Part shown: positions 35,111 through 46,700 of the stretch, in pieces
Numbering within the stretch: the first letter of the stretch is position 1
Layout: each line of letters starts with the position of its first letter
NCBI GenBank assembly: GCA_964199315.1
Contig: OZ116699.1
Coordinates: forward strand, 16,430,001 to 16,494,000
Source: Orbicella franksi
Taxonomy: Eukaryota
Direction of reading: 5' to 3'
Length of the DNA stretch: 64,000 bases
Translations under genes and position numbers: made by a program
Notes under the pieces: model-generated
Database searches by the model: none
What the model was told of the DNA's origin: nothing
What the model saw: only the letters and a program-made list of their open reading frames with translations

Positions 35111-37013
35111 TTTATCTTATTGAGCCGAGAAAAATATAGAGCTGCTTATCTATGAACCCTGGGGAAGAGAATCAAATAAAAGTATCTTTTATTAAACAAT
35201 CCCTCTTTTAAAATCATAATATAATGTATTATGATTTTAAAAGAGGACATTAATTATTTTAAGTTCTTCAGTGCAATAAGTACATGAATAGCAAGATGCC
35301 TTATGCTGGTCTTTTCCTTACAATAGTTATAATAAATAAAACACTTTATAAGACACTGTGAGACACATAAATCATCATATGGGACAAAGTGAATAAAAAC
35401 TACAACACAAGATATAACAACAATTTTATTTCTGCACAACAAGGTCTAAAGTGATGCTTACAGGTTGGGCTTAAGTTACATAAGCCCCCAGGCTCATCTA
35501 TTGACATAATGCAATGAGCAGTTCCATGCATCCATAACCAGCCCATAGAAGGTCATGGGAAATGTTTCTTGGGGAGTTGGGTTCTAACATGCCAACATTT
35601 CTATTAAAAAAACATGACGCTACACTTAACTGACATTTCCAGGGGGTGGGGGGAGGGGGTAAGTTAACAAAAACATCTCTGTGGGGGTTATAGAAATTTT
35701 CAGGAAAAACACAATACCATATTATTGTACCCAAGTGAACTGTACTTAAATTCTTTGAGAACACCCAATGACAGATTATCACATGCTTTTGACGATTATG
35801 ATGTTGAAACTACCCTAAATGGTCAGTGCTAGGAAATAAATAGCTTTGGTATGTAGACTGGGAGAAGCTTTGGACTAATAGGGGGCTGGGTTTGTCATGT
35901 GAAACAAAAAATACCCATGGCAGATTCCAAATTCCAAAGGGGTGGGGAGAATTTAGAACACCAAACATCCAGAGGAAAGTATAAAGCTAGATGGGATAAT
36001 TGGGAGAAGGGTTAAACCTGACACAACCTACATGTCCTGTGGGGGTTACGGTAAATTACAAAAGAGATCATAACATCATTACTTAGGTAGATTTCATGTG
36101 AAACTTACTGACTTATCTTCCCCCCCCCCCCCCCGACCTGACCAAACAGAAACAACAAATATACATTATATAAGACACTTTACCTAAAGCTAAGAATTAC
36201 TTACTAGTAACATGTTTATGTGAGGGGGGATTTTAAGTCTAAAATTCACTTGGTCTATCGCAACTGGAAAATATTCCGTGTCTAAGCTAATACTGGCGCG
36301 GCGTGTAAATTTTCACAACACGCCCTTGAATGACACGTACACGGTGTCAACATGAGAGCGCATTTTAGCATTGCGAAACGCGCAAAAATAGTCACCAGAC
36401 TAATGTAAGCTTACGTTAATTGAACGAATGGTTGTTTAGTCAGATTTTCTCAGAAACGTAAGCTTACACATTTCTGAGGGTTTATGCAAATTAACTGATA
36501 GAGCGTACGTGATGTTATGTTGATCCACGATCGTGATCGCGCTCCAGCGTAAAAACCTTTGTCAAATTTGAGCAGAAGCGGAAAGCCTTTTCAGGTTTTG
36601 CAAAAAAGAAAAACTATTGAACACAGGACACGTGCTCTTCCCTGGATCTAATTGCCTACTTTCCAGTGTTCACCACATTTCCCCCGGCCCACCATGTCAA
36701 GCATGAATTCCGTCCACCCTACAACCAGAAGACCTTCACGGATGGGCGATCAACAGTGCGATCATTTCCAAACCATCCCGGGAACCACTGTCTTGTTCCT
36801 AGACAAAATCCGTCATTGTATAGGCAGGCCGCAGTTGGCAGGCTTACCTCTGTATGCTAGAATCACACGCACAATAGAGGAGGTTGCGTAATACCAGTTA
36901 CATGAGCTTTAAAACATCTCACTGTCATATCTACAAGAATACTTACGCAGGATGTTTCGCGTGGAGCTGAATCCTTCGAAAAGTTAACTACTGCAGACTA
37001 TTTTGTTGCAAAA

Positions 37014-37250
37014 CCTTACCTTACGAAATTCCGTCAGGTAAATGAAAGCACATTCCAGTAATTTCACTTGCCGTTTGACGCGCTACAACGCGACGAAACA
37101 CAAAAGACCTGTATATCAGGTTTCAAGCACGACAAGTGTCACGATCACGTCTCACGATCGGCGTAACCTGGCAACCGCCATTATACAATCCGTGATACTG
37201 CAAAAGGTTATCAGTTTTGGCAAACAGTAAATAGGATACGAACGAATTCT
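37014..37250 (-). promoter_or_regulatory. Candidate non-coding first exon / promoter of FKRP-like copy 1
   Basis: Minus-strand donor AAG|GTAAGG at 37020/37019 in CpG-rich DNA would pair with the acceptor at 35159. Weaker donors also occur nearby. Confidence 0.4.
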
Positions 37251-37609
37251 TCAATGAATGATCGATTCTCCTCTTTTTAATTAAGAACGTCACAGTGATT
37301 CAATTTTCACACTTGGACAAATCAGTGATGTACAGCGATCTCTTCTAGACTGCGAGTTTGTGTTCTTTTCAGTGGCATCGAAGATTTAACCGTGAAAGGC
37401 AGAAATAAAAGATTTAGTTCCGCATGTGATAAATTGTGTGAGAGCCTTCTTGAGAAGTCAAGTGACCAAGCTGACTTTGGCCTCAACCTTTTCTGGTCTT
37501 TTTAATTTTCACATAATTTTTTAATTTATTACACTGGAATGTAGGATAAAAGTAAAACATGTCAAAGTTTTAAAAGACTTAAACAAACCTTGACATTTAC
37601 AGAATTAAA

Positions 37610-38649
37610 CGATCGTGTCTAAAACGCCATTCGAGTAACATACGAGTACATACGAGTAACATGCGATTGCATATGAGAAACATACGAGTACATTCGAGCA
37701 ACATACAAGTACATATACGAGTAACATACGAGTACATACAGACATACGGTAATATACAGGTTATATACGAATAAATTGGTTACATACGAATACCTAGCAG
37801 CAACATACGATGGCAGGAGGGTAATAAACATGAAATGTACCATTTTTCTCTTTACATTTCACTTTTGCATGTGCGCGGAACATGCCTTGCACACACACGC
37901 GAACGCGCGCAAGTGCCACCCATGTGCGCGTACCACACCCCTGCGCGTGTGCTACATACATGCGTCCGCATACGCTCACCGCACACGCACAAACAAGCCT
38001 GAGCGCTGATATGATATGATGCGACGTTGCGCGTCAAATAAACGCAGATTACGATGATTGCACAAGATTTAGCGCGCACAAATTTCTCATAGGATTATTT
38101 TCCTCGAAGTAATAGCTTAGTAAAAGCTTCGGGGTGAGTGTGGACAGTGTATGTGGCGTGCTGTTCAATGAATTTAACCCCTCTCCCTTTCCTCAAGGAA
38201 GGGTTAAAACTTTCAAATTTGTAAAGTTTGGTTATTCTTTTAACATACGTACATTTAAAATCCATATATATTTTAATCAAGATCAAATTTATTGGTTATG
38301 TACACTGGTAATTTACCCTTCCATAGTGCAAGTCAAAAAACGGTTCAATAAAGGCTGGAAACAATAACATTTCTTTGAAATGAATTTTCCACTTCGCAAA
38401 GTATCAATGAATGTATATTGAAAATTGAAAAAATGAGCTATAAATTCGTTAGGCGGGTAACTGTAACCAGACATACTCGGGAACCGCAACAAACCATAGC
38501 GCTATGAAAACAGAAGATAATGACAGGCCTACACGGACTTCCCTCGTGAATTGTGGTCACGATGCATCTTACTCGAATGTACTCTTATGGTACTCGTATG
38601 TACTCGTATGTTACTCGTATGTACTCGTGTGGTGTTTTAGTCACTATCG
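37610..38649. mobile_element. ~1-kb TIR element with subterminal (ACATACGAGT)n repeats
   Basis: Left cgatcgtgtctaaaacgccattcgagtaacatacgagtacatacgag is the inverse of right ctcgtatgtactcgtgtggtgttttagtcactatcg. Confidence 0.75.
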
Positions 38650-38814
38650 AATAAAACCAGCAACATGAAAAAGAGAACCGAGAAAAAGCGAATCGAACTA
38701 GATCATTCATCAATTTAGTGGCGAGGGGTCGACATTTCTTTTTCAGAAAGACCTGTAGTGTTTATCCTTTCAGTTTTATATTTTTAAAATGATTCTTTTA
38801 GTAGGATGTAAAAC

Positions 38815-39091
38815 GCTCTGCAAACCGGGAGAATTTGAAAACATCGGCTTTTCGTTTTCGTGTGAACGGAAAACATTTGGAAAACGGAGCTTTACGGAAA
38901 CGATGGCGTCATGACAATCATATGATTTCCCCGGCCTGACCGAGTCTCCCCGGGGACCGAGTTTTCCTCAAACAAATCTAAAATGACCGGTAATTGTTCC
39001 TCGGGCGAAGTGTAGACGGAAAACATTTCATGCGTTTTCAGAGTGAAACCTCCGTTTTCAAATTCCTCCGGCGTAGTGTGGACCGGGGCCT
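38815..39091. mobile_element. Partial PIF/Harbinger-like MITE
   Basis: Right end tccgttttcaaattcctccggcgtagtgtggaccggggcct, with the inverse remnant ccgggagaatttgaaaac at 38826. Confidence 0.6.
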
Positions 39092-39299
39092 CAGATATGA
39101 GTTGGTATTCGCTTATGAGGTTCTGGATCGGGTTGAACTGACAGCTGAGAATTGGTCAAACTTTTAATTGTCAGGTGAAAAATGAGGCCTCTTTTAACAT
39201 AGATCTGTACGATTTGCCCATAGCTGAGAAGTTGACTGAAAGTTCAACTGTGATAATCGAGAAATTGCTGTAAATTTTACTGATATCTGAGATTACAGC

Positions 39300-39462
39300 A
39301 CCCCAATCCAGACCTCTGTTCACACACTGGAGTAGAGAGAGGCACTTTGGAAGGTTTTGGAAGTGAAATGTCTTTCCCAAAGGAGAACCCAGACAGAACT
39401 TGAACCCAGGCCACTCGGTTTGGGATCTAACGGAGTAACCATATTCAGCTACCGCGCCTCCC
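39300..39462 (-). mobile_element. CORE-like SINE head, diverged relative of 4296-4595
   Basis: The minus strand starts gggaggcgcggtagctgaatatggtta...gggttcaagttct...ttgggaaagacatttcact...agtgcctctctct. Confidence 0.65.
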
Positions 39463-39713
39463 ACCACGCGATTCAAACTGAGCTGTAAATATTATTGAAG
39501 ATAATTCACTTAGTCATGGTCATCATTGCATTAATATCGATGTTTTAAAGAGCCCATGTTTACTTTTTGGTAATAACATTTAGCAATGGAGCACAAAGGG
39601 TTAAACTAAACTACAAGCAATCGCTTTAGACAACCAATAGAAAACTGAATTCAGTTACTGATCACAAGTCAACTCTACTCAGACAACGCTTCTTTTACAG
39701 TCACGAATACTAT

Positions 39714-40182
39714 ATATATCTAAGCGAATTCGCAAAAACATGCCCGCTAGGTTTTCGCCTGGATTCGGGCTTCGCCCAAATCCAGGCTAAGCCAGCCACC
39801 TTAAACCCAGGAGGGGCTCCGTCAAGGCTAGGCTGGGCACATGGCCCAATGACTAGCCTATCTGCTGGTGGCTTGCTGGGGGTCAGTTGTCAAAAGCAGG
39901 GGGGAGGGGAGGGTGTCTTTTACTGACACTCCCAACTAGCTTGAGTTTGAGTTTTCAGTGTTAAATAAGCTTGATGTTGACTGTGTTTCTGGGTATTTTA
40001 CTCAGTTGTTTGACCTTGCTTGAGGCTTCTGTGTTGACATGGCACCCTGCTGGAGTGGCCCATGCCACGTGCATGCGTGATTGGCCAATCTCCTAGCCAG
40101 GGGGGTGGTCAGAGGACTTCTGGCCGCTGGGACTGTCTTTGAGTCAATGCGGGCATGTTTTTGCGAATTCGGTTAGATATAT
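39714..40182. mobile_element. ~470-bp MITE in a TA-rich site
   Basis: 34-bp TIR atatatctaagcgaattcgcaaaaacatgcccgc / gcgggcatgtttttgcgaattcggttagatatat (1 mismatch). Confidence 0.8.
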
Positions 40183-41711
40183 GCTTCCATTAATGGTTTT
40201 ATTTACACTTCCTATCGGTTACTCATAATTTCGTATTAGCTATATCGTTTACTATTTAGGATACAACAATGCCCTATATATTTTAGCTTATTTTGTACAT
40301 TATATTCTCTTCTTCAATAATTTGACTGTGGAAGTGGCCAACTCGGAAGCTACTCAGTGCTCCTCAGCGACTAACCACTTCTTTCTTATAAAATTTAATT
40401 TTCTTTTTTTTTTTTTTTGGCTTTTACTACTCTGTTAATTGAAACTATTTTACTGCAGCAGAAGCAAATGTAAGTAAATAAACTTGAACTAGAATTATAG
40501 AACACAATAAAGCTACTGGCATTGAAATACCGTAGCTCACGAGGCTCTCTTTCGGAACTGCGATCACGAAAAAATAGAATTTCAAAGCAGAGGGTAATAC
40601 TCGTTTGAATGTAATCAAATGTAGAGCGGTTTTCAACAATCTCTTCCCCTGGGTCTTCTCCTGGACGATTTTCAAAGTGGAGGTTCGTCGGACCCGTATT
40701 CTCTCGCCCGCCATTTCGAAAAGTGTAGAATACCCAGGAGACGAAGTGTGGAAAGTCATCTGGAAATGGTCTAGCTTCACTGTGCTCTACTCGACCAACC
40801 AGACGTAAAACTAATCGCGACTTAAACAGTCTCGCGCGTTTTGTCACGTGATTTCTCGCGCGTTTGTCACGTGTATTTGCTTCATATCCTGATAGGTTCT
40901 CTGGGTTATTTGCATTTCACATGATTGGAATTTCGTAATAATTGGTTTGGGATTGGTCATGTTGGTTTTCGGCTGTCAATGAAAACCGCTCAATTTTGGA
41001 AGGCGTTTAAAAAAACTGCGCGCATATAAAAGAATAGATCCTCTATTAATAAATCCTTTGGACTCTTTTTAAAGTATCTTTGAGAACTAAACCAAGAGGG
41101 ATAGATCTGCATCTGCTCTCGTCCAAGACTGCGACGCAACTAAACCACGAAATACTAAAAAAAAACTGGATAAAAATGAATGTAGGTAGTTGGAAGCCAT
41201 TACCAGATAACATGGAGAAGAAGTTACATTAAACTGCTCTATAGTAGTAGTTGTTGTGAAACGGCTTTTCCATAAGGCCCGAAAAGGGCTAAGTTATTTA
41301 CTACAACTTATGTTCAGCGAATGTGTCCTCTCACCAAGCTAAAATTGCATTTGTTTGGTGTTTGTCGAAATCCTATCTACGAGAATCGGCGGTTTAACCA
41401 GCCATTGCCATTTGGCTGGTTGCCAGGTTACGTGAAAGTCATGACATAATGTTCAAGTGTTCTGTTTTATCTTCTCTTCTGTTCCTTGCCCCCAAGTGGG
41501 GCCAAAGATACGTTACCTCCATCTATCCCTTTTCTTAGCAACAGACGTAGCTGCAGCCCATGATATAATGCATCTCATGTCGCTCTCTTTGAACAGTTTT
41601 ATCATTGGACAGTAATCATTGAAGGTCTTTGATTACGCTAGCGAATATCTGACGAATACAAAATTTGTTCGTTCTGGCGCCTTGTAAACTTGTTAGCTCG
41701 AGCGCGAAGAG

Positions 41712-43193
41712 CTAGTTTGCCTGAAGTGTGGTCTGAGAATGTAGCTCAGGTCTCATCTTCATGTAATCATCTCCATACCAACTTCTAATGAACTTGTCTA
41801 CATTATCTGACAGGCCAAGATAGTGTCGATTGTTTATGGTGACTTCAGTGGATTTGCCAAACCAATCCTCAGGGGATGGGTAAAGATCAACATAGCGTTG
41901 TTCCAGTAGGATGTTTTTCACAGGCAATAGTTTCTCCATTTCTTTGAGGATCTTGGTGTCGAAGAGAGAAGGGCTTTCAAGACTATCATCTTTGAAATGC
42001 CGCTGAGTATCTACTGCAATCATTGGAGCATAGTGTGGATAAACTCTGGAGACAGGGGGATTTGTTTTCCATGCCACAAAGTACTTGGGACCCAAGATCT
42101 GCTGTATCAGCAAGAAGTTGTCATATCTGTCATTGTCGGCCTTGTGAATTGCGACATCGGCATCATCAGAGTACGGAATGAATGCCTGACTTCTCACTGC
42201 ACCAAGGAGCGTACCATACACAATGCGATAATCCATTCCAATTTGATTCATAGCATCCACTGTTGCAGCCAAGATGTCGTCCATGATCACATCACAACAG
42301 ATCGGAAAGCCATCAGCTGCTGCCAGTGTGTTTGGGCGGGACATTAAAGGTTTCTCAGGACAGAACTGCTTGTCATCTATGCATTTGGTCCATTCAATCT
42401 TGTCTGGACGTACAATGCGTAAGATGCTGTGCAATTGCCCAAGAGTTGAATAATCAATGAAATCTCGACTGCCTTCTAGGATGCCACGATCAGAATACGT
42501 GAGTTTATGTCTCAAATAGCAGTATGATAATTTGGCTATTTTTAGGCGTCCAGTCGACCTTACGAAGAAATCAAGATGGCTCATACTTCCAGACTCTGCG
42601 CGCCACCTTAAGGATAGAAACACTTTTTTTCGGAGAGCAAATGCTGTTTCTGCAATATTACATTCTTGATACCATCCGAGACCTTTACTATCATCATGAT
42701 GAATTGGTCCAAAGTTGCGAATGACCATTGTCCAGTTTTTAACTAAAAATCTACAGGAGCTTTGTTCCAGCAATGTTTTAGCTGTATCGAATCCTTCTAC
42801 TCGCATGTGGGTGGTCATCCCAGTTGCTCCATCGTACTCACCATGCGTGTCAAGGAACTCTGTTAGTTTCCGTAACTCTTGAAGGTCTTCCACAGCTAAG
42901 CTGGCCACGCCTACAGATTTAAGCCTTGATCGTAACTTATGGGGAACCATCAAGACGTACTTGACAACGCCTCTCCTTAGCCTTAATTCCGTGTCTTCTT
43001 CTGGCTGGTAGTCCCATCCAAGGATCTCTACACTCTGGACACTGTTGTCGAGGTGATCGGCGTGGCGTACGTTTAGTTTCTCCAGAAGTCGAGAGGACGA
43101 TTTTTGCGTGCATTTCAACTGCAGCACAGCAAATGTCAGATAACAAACCAGAAGAATTGACAGAACAATCTTGTACTCCTTTTTGAGCGTCAT
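41712..43193 (-). CDS. FKRP-like type II membrane LicD-family phosphotransferase, copy 2 (493 aa from ATG 43193)
   Basis: Same TM, stem, C-x6-C-x20-CC and LicD (YGTLLGAVRSQAFIPYSDDAD) architecture as copy 1. The ORF-track GTG start at 43205 lies just inside an exon whose acceptor ttttcttccag ends at 43211, so the first ATG (MTLKKEYK) is at 43193. Confidence 0.88.
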   Translation of the reverse strand: MTLKKEYKIVLSILLVCYLTFAVLQLKCTQKSSSRLLEKLNVRHADHLDNSVQSVEILGWDYQPEEDTELRLRRGVVKYVLMVPHKLRSRLKSVGVASLAVEDLQELRKLTEFLDTHGEYDGATGMTTHMRVEGFDTAKTLLEQSSCRFLVKNWTMVIRNFGPIHHDDSKGLGWYQECNIAETAFALRKKVFLSLRWRAESGSMSHLDFFVRSTGRLKIAKLSYCYLRHKLTYSDRGILEGSRDFIDYSTLGQLHSILRIVRPDKIEWTKCIDDKQFCPEKPLMSRPNTLAAADGFPICCDVIMDDILAATVDAMNQIGMDYRIVYGTLLGAVRSQAFIPYSDDADVAIHKADNDRYDNFLLIQQILGPKYFVAWKTNPPVSRVYPHYAPMIAVDTQRHFKDDSLESPSLFDTKILKEMEKLLPVKNILLEQRYVDLYPSPEDWFGKSTEVTINNRHYLGLSDNVDKFIRSWYGDDYMKMRPELHSQTTLQAN

Positions 43194-43430
43194 ACTACTT
43201 GACACGTGACCTGGAAGAAAACAAAATAAAGCAGTCTTAACAGGGGTGGTTCAACACATAAAATCATTACTACCGTGGAGATCAACAGGTCATTGGTCAG
43301 ATGCAGCCATAAGTGATAAGTTGTAATTTCTTCTCGTTCCCCCGTGCCCGAAGCTATTGAATTTCATTTAAAGCATGGCGTTTAAGCATCGAGCTGATAT
43401 CAGCTCTCGTTTTTTAAGACGCAGCAATAC

Positions 43431-43784
43431 CTTACCTATAAATAATCCCAGTATTCTATTCACTAAAACGCCCAAGAAACCCCGAATTAAGCTTTTAATA
43501 TTGCCGTCACAGGCTGTTTTCGGATTTCAGAGGTTTACAGGCGTTATGAAAGATTTACGCAGAAATATGTAATGATCAGCTCCTGTTATCGTCGATGTTA
43601 TCTCTACAATTGACTAACAATGGATGTCCAAACCTCTTTAAAAGATACATACGTGCAAATTTTACTCTAGGCACTTGAGGTTACTTGTTTCTGTAACGAC
43701 TCATTGGTCGATAACTGACCATTATTTCCTGTTGAAAGTCATTGACGTCATCTTCCATCACGTACATACTATTGTGGTTATTAC
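43431..43784 (-). promoter_or_regulatory. Candidate non-coding first exon and promoter of FKRP-like copy 2 (proximal copy)
   Basis: Minus-strand donor TAG|GTAAGG at 43436/43435 gives a 225-nt intron to 43211. A perfect CRE palindrome TGACGTCA lies at 43743-43750. The segment is homologous to 49126-49436. Confidence 0.5.
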
Positions 43785-46700
43785 TGTAAACATATCAGGT
43801 TTTGAGCATGCGCAGTAGAACGAGACGGAATATACACGTGTGCTTGTACTCGTTAGCTGGAATAAAGAGTTATCTTTCTGATCTCTGCCATAACATTACA
43901 TGGTGTCAGAAGTGGGATCGCGAAGTAACCAAACATACCATTTAGCTCGATACACTGGAGAAGGTGGAAGAGTGAAGTAATTTCCGAACGACACGTGTAC
44001 GATCGATTCAAGAAAACAACATGGCCGCCAGCGCCTCATTCATTGACAAGGGTCCAACCATGGACTGGAGCACGGATGAAAACCTATACTCACGCTTCAA
44101 AATGTGGAAACAACGCTGTGAACTGCTCTTTACGGGCCCGATGGCCAAAATTGACGAAGAAATTCAGTGTAAGCACCTGCTTTACTGGGCCGGTGAGCAC
44201 GGCTTGGAGCTGTTCAACAGCTGGGGCCTCTCGGCAGACGAACAAAAGAAACTGGAAAACTACTGGAAGAAATTCGAAAACTACGTGAAACCTCACTCAA
44301 ACGAGCTGATCGCCGCCTGGGAGCTACACAATCTTCGACAAGGTACACTATCGTTAGAAGAATTTATTGCAAAGCTTAGAATCCTTGTCAAAGAAGCCAA
44401 CTATCCATCGGAACATCATGATCGATTCTTGAGAGACTTCCTTGTACTCGGCATGAATTCAGACCATGTCAGAAAGGAGTGTTTCAAAGAAGGAAATGCT
44501 CTGACATTTAGTAAAGCTAGAGAAGTGGCAAAAGCAGACGAATCAGCAGACAAGCAGCTTCAGCTAATGAACCCAGTAGTGTCAGCAGTACACCCTGTTA
44601 GCTCAACCAGGAGAAACCAATTCCAAAGCGACCAGCTGAACCCAGTAGCCGGTGGATCAAGGCAAAACCCAAAAGGCAACAAGTCAGGAAAAACGCAGCT
44701 CTGCAGGAATTGTGGTTGGGGCCCTCACTCTCATGAACAGTGCCCAGCAAGAAATGCAACGTGCCATTACTGCCAAAAGGTGGGACACCTTGCCAAGGTA
44801 TGCTTTTCAAAACTTAAAAAGAAGGATGTGCATGAGATTGAAGCTACTAGTAATAACAATGCCATACCTGAGTCAGAGCCTACCCAATCATTAGATGATT
44901 ATGTGTTCCTGGGCCCAATTGAAGCAACACCCCTGGCCATGAGTGTAAACGTTGTATCCTGTAGAGAAAAGGCTCTGCTAGAAGTCTCCTTGGCACTGAA
45001 GCCAGAAGGAAAACAAATGAATGCACTCTGTAAGATAGACTCAGGTGCTGAAACAAACATTATACCCAAGTCCCTATACAAGCAACTAAGCCCTGAGACA
45101 CTAAGCTTACAACAACCTACAGTGAAGTTAACTGCTTATGGTGGAGCCGAGATCCCAAATCTTGGATCTTGCCAAATATATGTGAAGGGTCCTAACAATT
45201 CCAACCCCAGAGTTGTCCAAGCAGAAGTTGTTGACGTTGATGGCCCTGCCATAATTGGTAACATGTCTGTACAAGATATGAACCTCCTAAAGCTCAACTG
45301 GCCAGTCACAGCCAGCACAAATGCAACCACCCAGAATGTTGTACAAAGTGAAAAGCCCATGCCCAATGCAAATACTGTCAAACTATTTGACATCAGAGGC
45401 AAACAACACCCCTTCCCACTGACAAAGGACTATTTGTTGGAAGAATATCAGGATGTCTTTACAGGAATTGGCTGCTTTCCAGGACCCCCGTACCACATCG
45501 AAACTAAGCCTGACATTCCCCCAGTACAGCATGCTCCAAGACGGGTTCCAGTACAACTACAGAAAGCCTACATAGAAGAGCTAGACCAGTTAAAAGAATC
45601 TGGAATTCTGGTTGAGGTCCAAGATGAATATACCCCTTGGGTTAACTCTGCTGTGGTCACCATCAAACCCAACGGGTCGATCCGTCTGTGCTTGGACCCT
45701 CGGAATCTCAATAAAGCAATCAAGCGCAACCCCTACTATGTGAGAACCATAGATGATGTGATACCGAAAGTCAGCGGCTCCACCCACTTCAGTATCCTTG
45801 ATGCACGCAGTGGATTTTGGCAAGTTAGTCTTGACGAGGAAAGCAGTAGGCTGTGCACCTTTAACACCCCATGGGGAAAGCATAGATGGACAAGACTTCC
45901 ATTTGGCCTTACGTGCAGTGGAGATGTGTTTCAAGAAAAAATGGATATGGTCTTTGGCAGACTTGAAGGGCTCAGCGGTATTGCAGATGACACATTTGTC
46001 TATGGCACGGGCGAAGCACAACATGATCAGCACATACTAACTGTCCTTGACACAGCAAGAGAGAACAATGTGAGATTTAACCCGGACAAATTCCAGTTTA
46101 AAGTGAAGGAAGCATCCTTCTTCGGGCTCACATGGACCCCCGACGGGATCCGCCCTGGCGAAACCAAAATCAAAGCAATCCGTGATATGCCATCCCCGAA
46201 GAACCTTACAGAGCTGCAGTGCTTTTTGGGCATGATTAACTACCTGAACAGGTTCTCACCCATTCTAGCCCAAGTGTCAGAACCTGTGCGACAGCTGATG
46301 AAAAAAGATGTACCATTCGTGTGGCAACCAGAACACCAAAGGGCATTCCAGAACCTCAAACAAGCAATCACTGAAGTACCAGTCTTAGCCTATTACGACC
46401 CAGAAAAGGAGAACCTAATCCAGTCTGATGCAAGCCTTAAAGGCATTGGATGTGTGTTGACGCAAGAGGGCAAACCAGTGTGCTATGCCAGTCGATCACT
46501 AACTGAAACTGAGTCTCGATACAGCAACATAGAGCGAGAGCTACTCGCTGCCTGTTGGTCGCTTGAAAAGCTTAACCATTACGTATTTGGTAAGAAGGTG
46601 GTCATCGAAACTGACCACAAGCCGCTCGAAAGCATCTGGAAGAAGAGCATATCGAGCGCACCACCACGCCTTCAGAGGCTCCTACTTAAAATGGCCAAAT

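Noticed and set aside
37630-37790. CRISPR-like or functional tandem array (ACATACGAGT)n
   Set aside because: 10-bp degenerate units without spacers, mirrored at 38570-38630. They are subterminal repeats of a TIR element.
40395-40847. 150-aa minus-strand ORF
   Set aside because: Starts at GTG, runs into a poly-A tract, overlaps a small repeat (40637-40750), and has no recognisable domain or splice support.
43205-43211. GTG start giving the 497-aa version of FKRP-like 2
   Set aside because: It lies 6 nt inside a splice acceptor. An in-frame ATG follows at 43193 and aligns with copy 1's start region.
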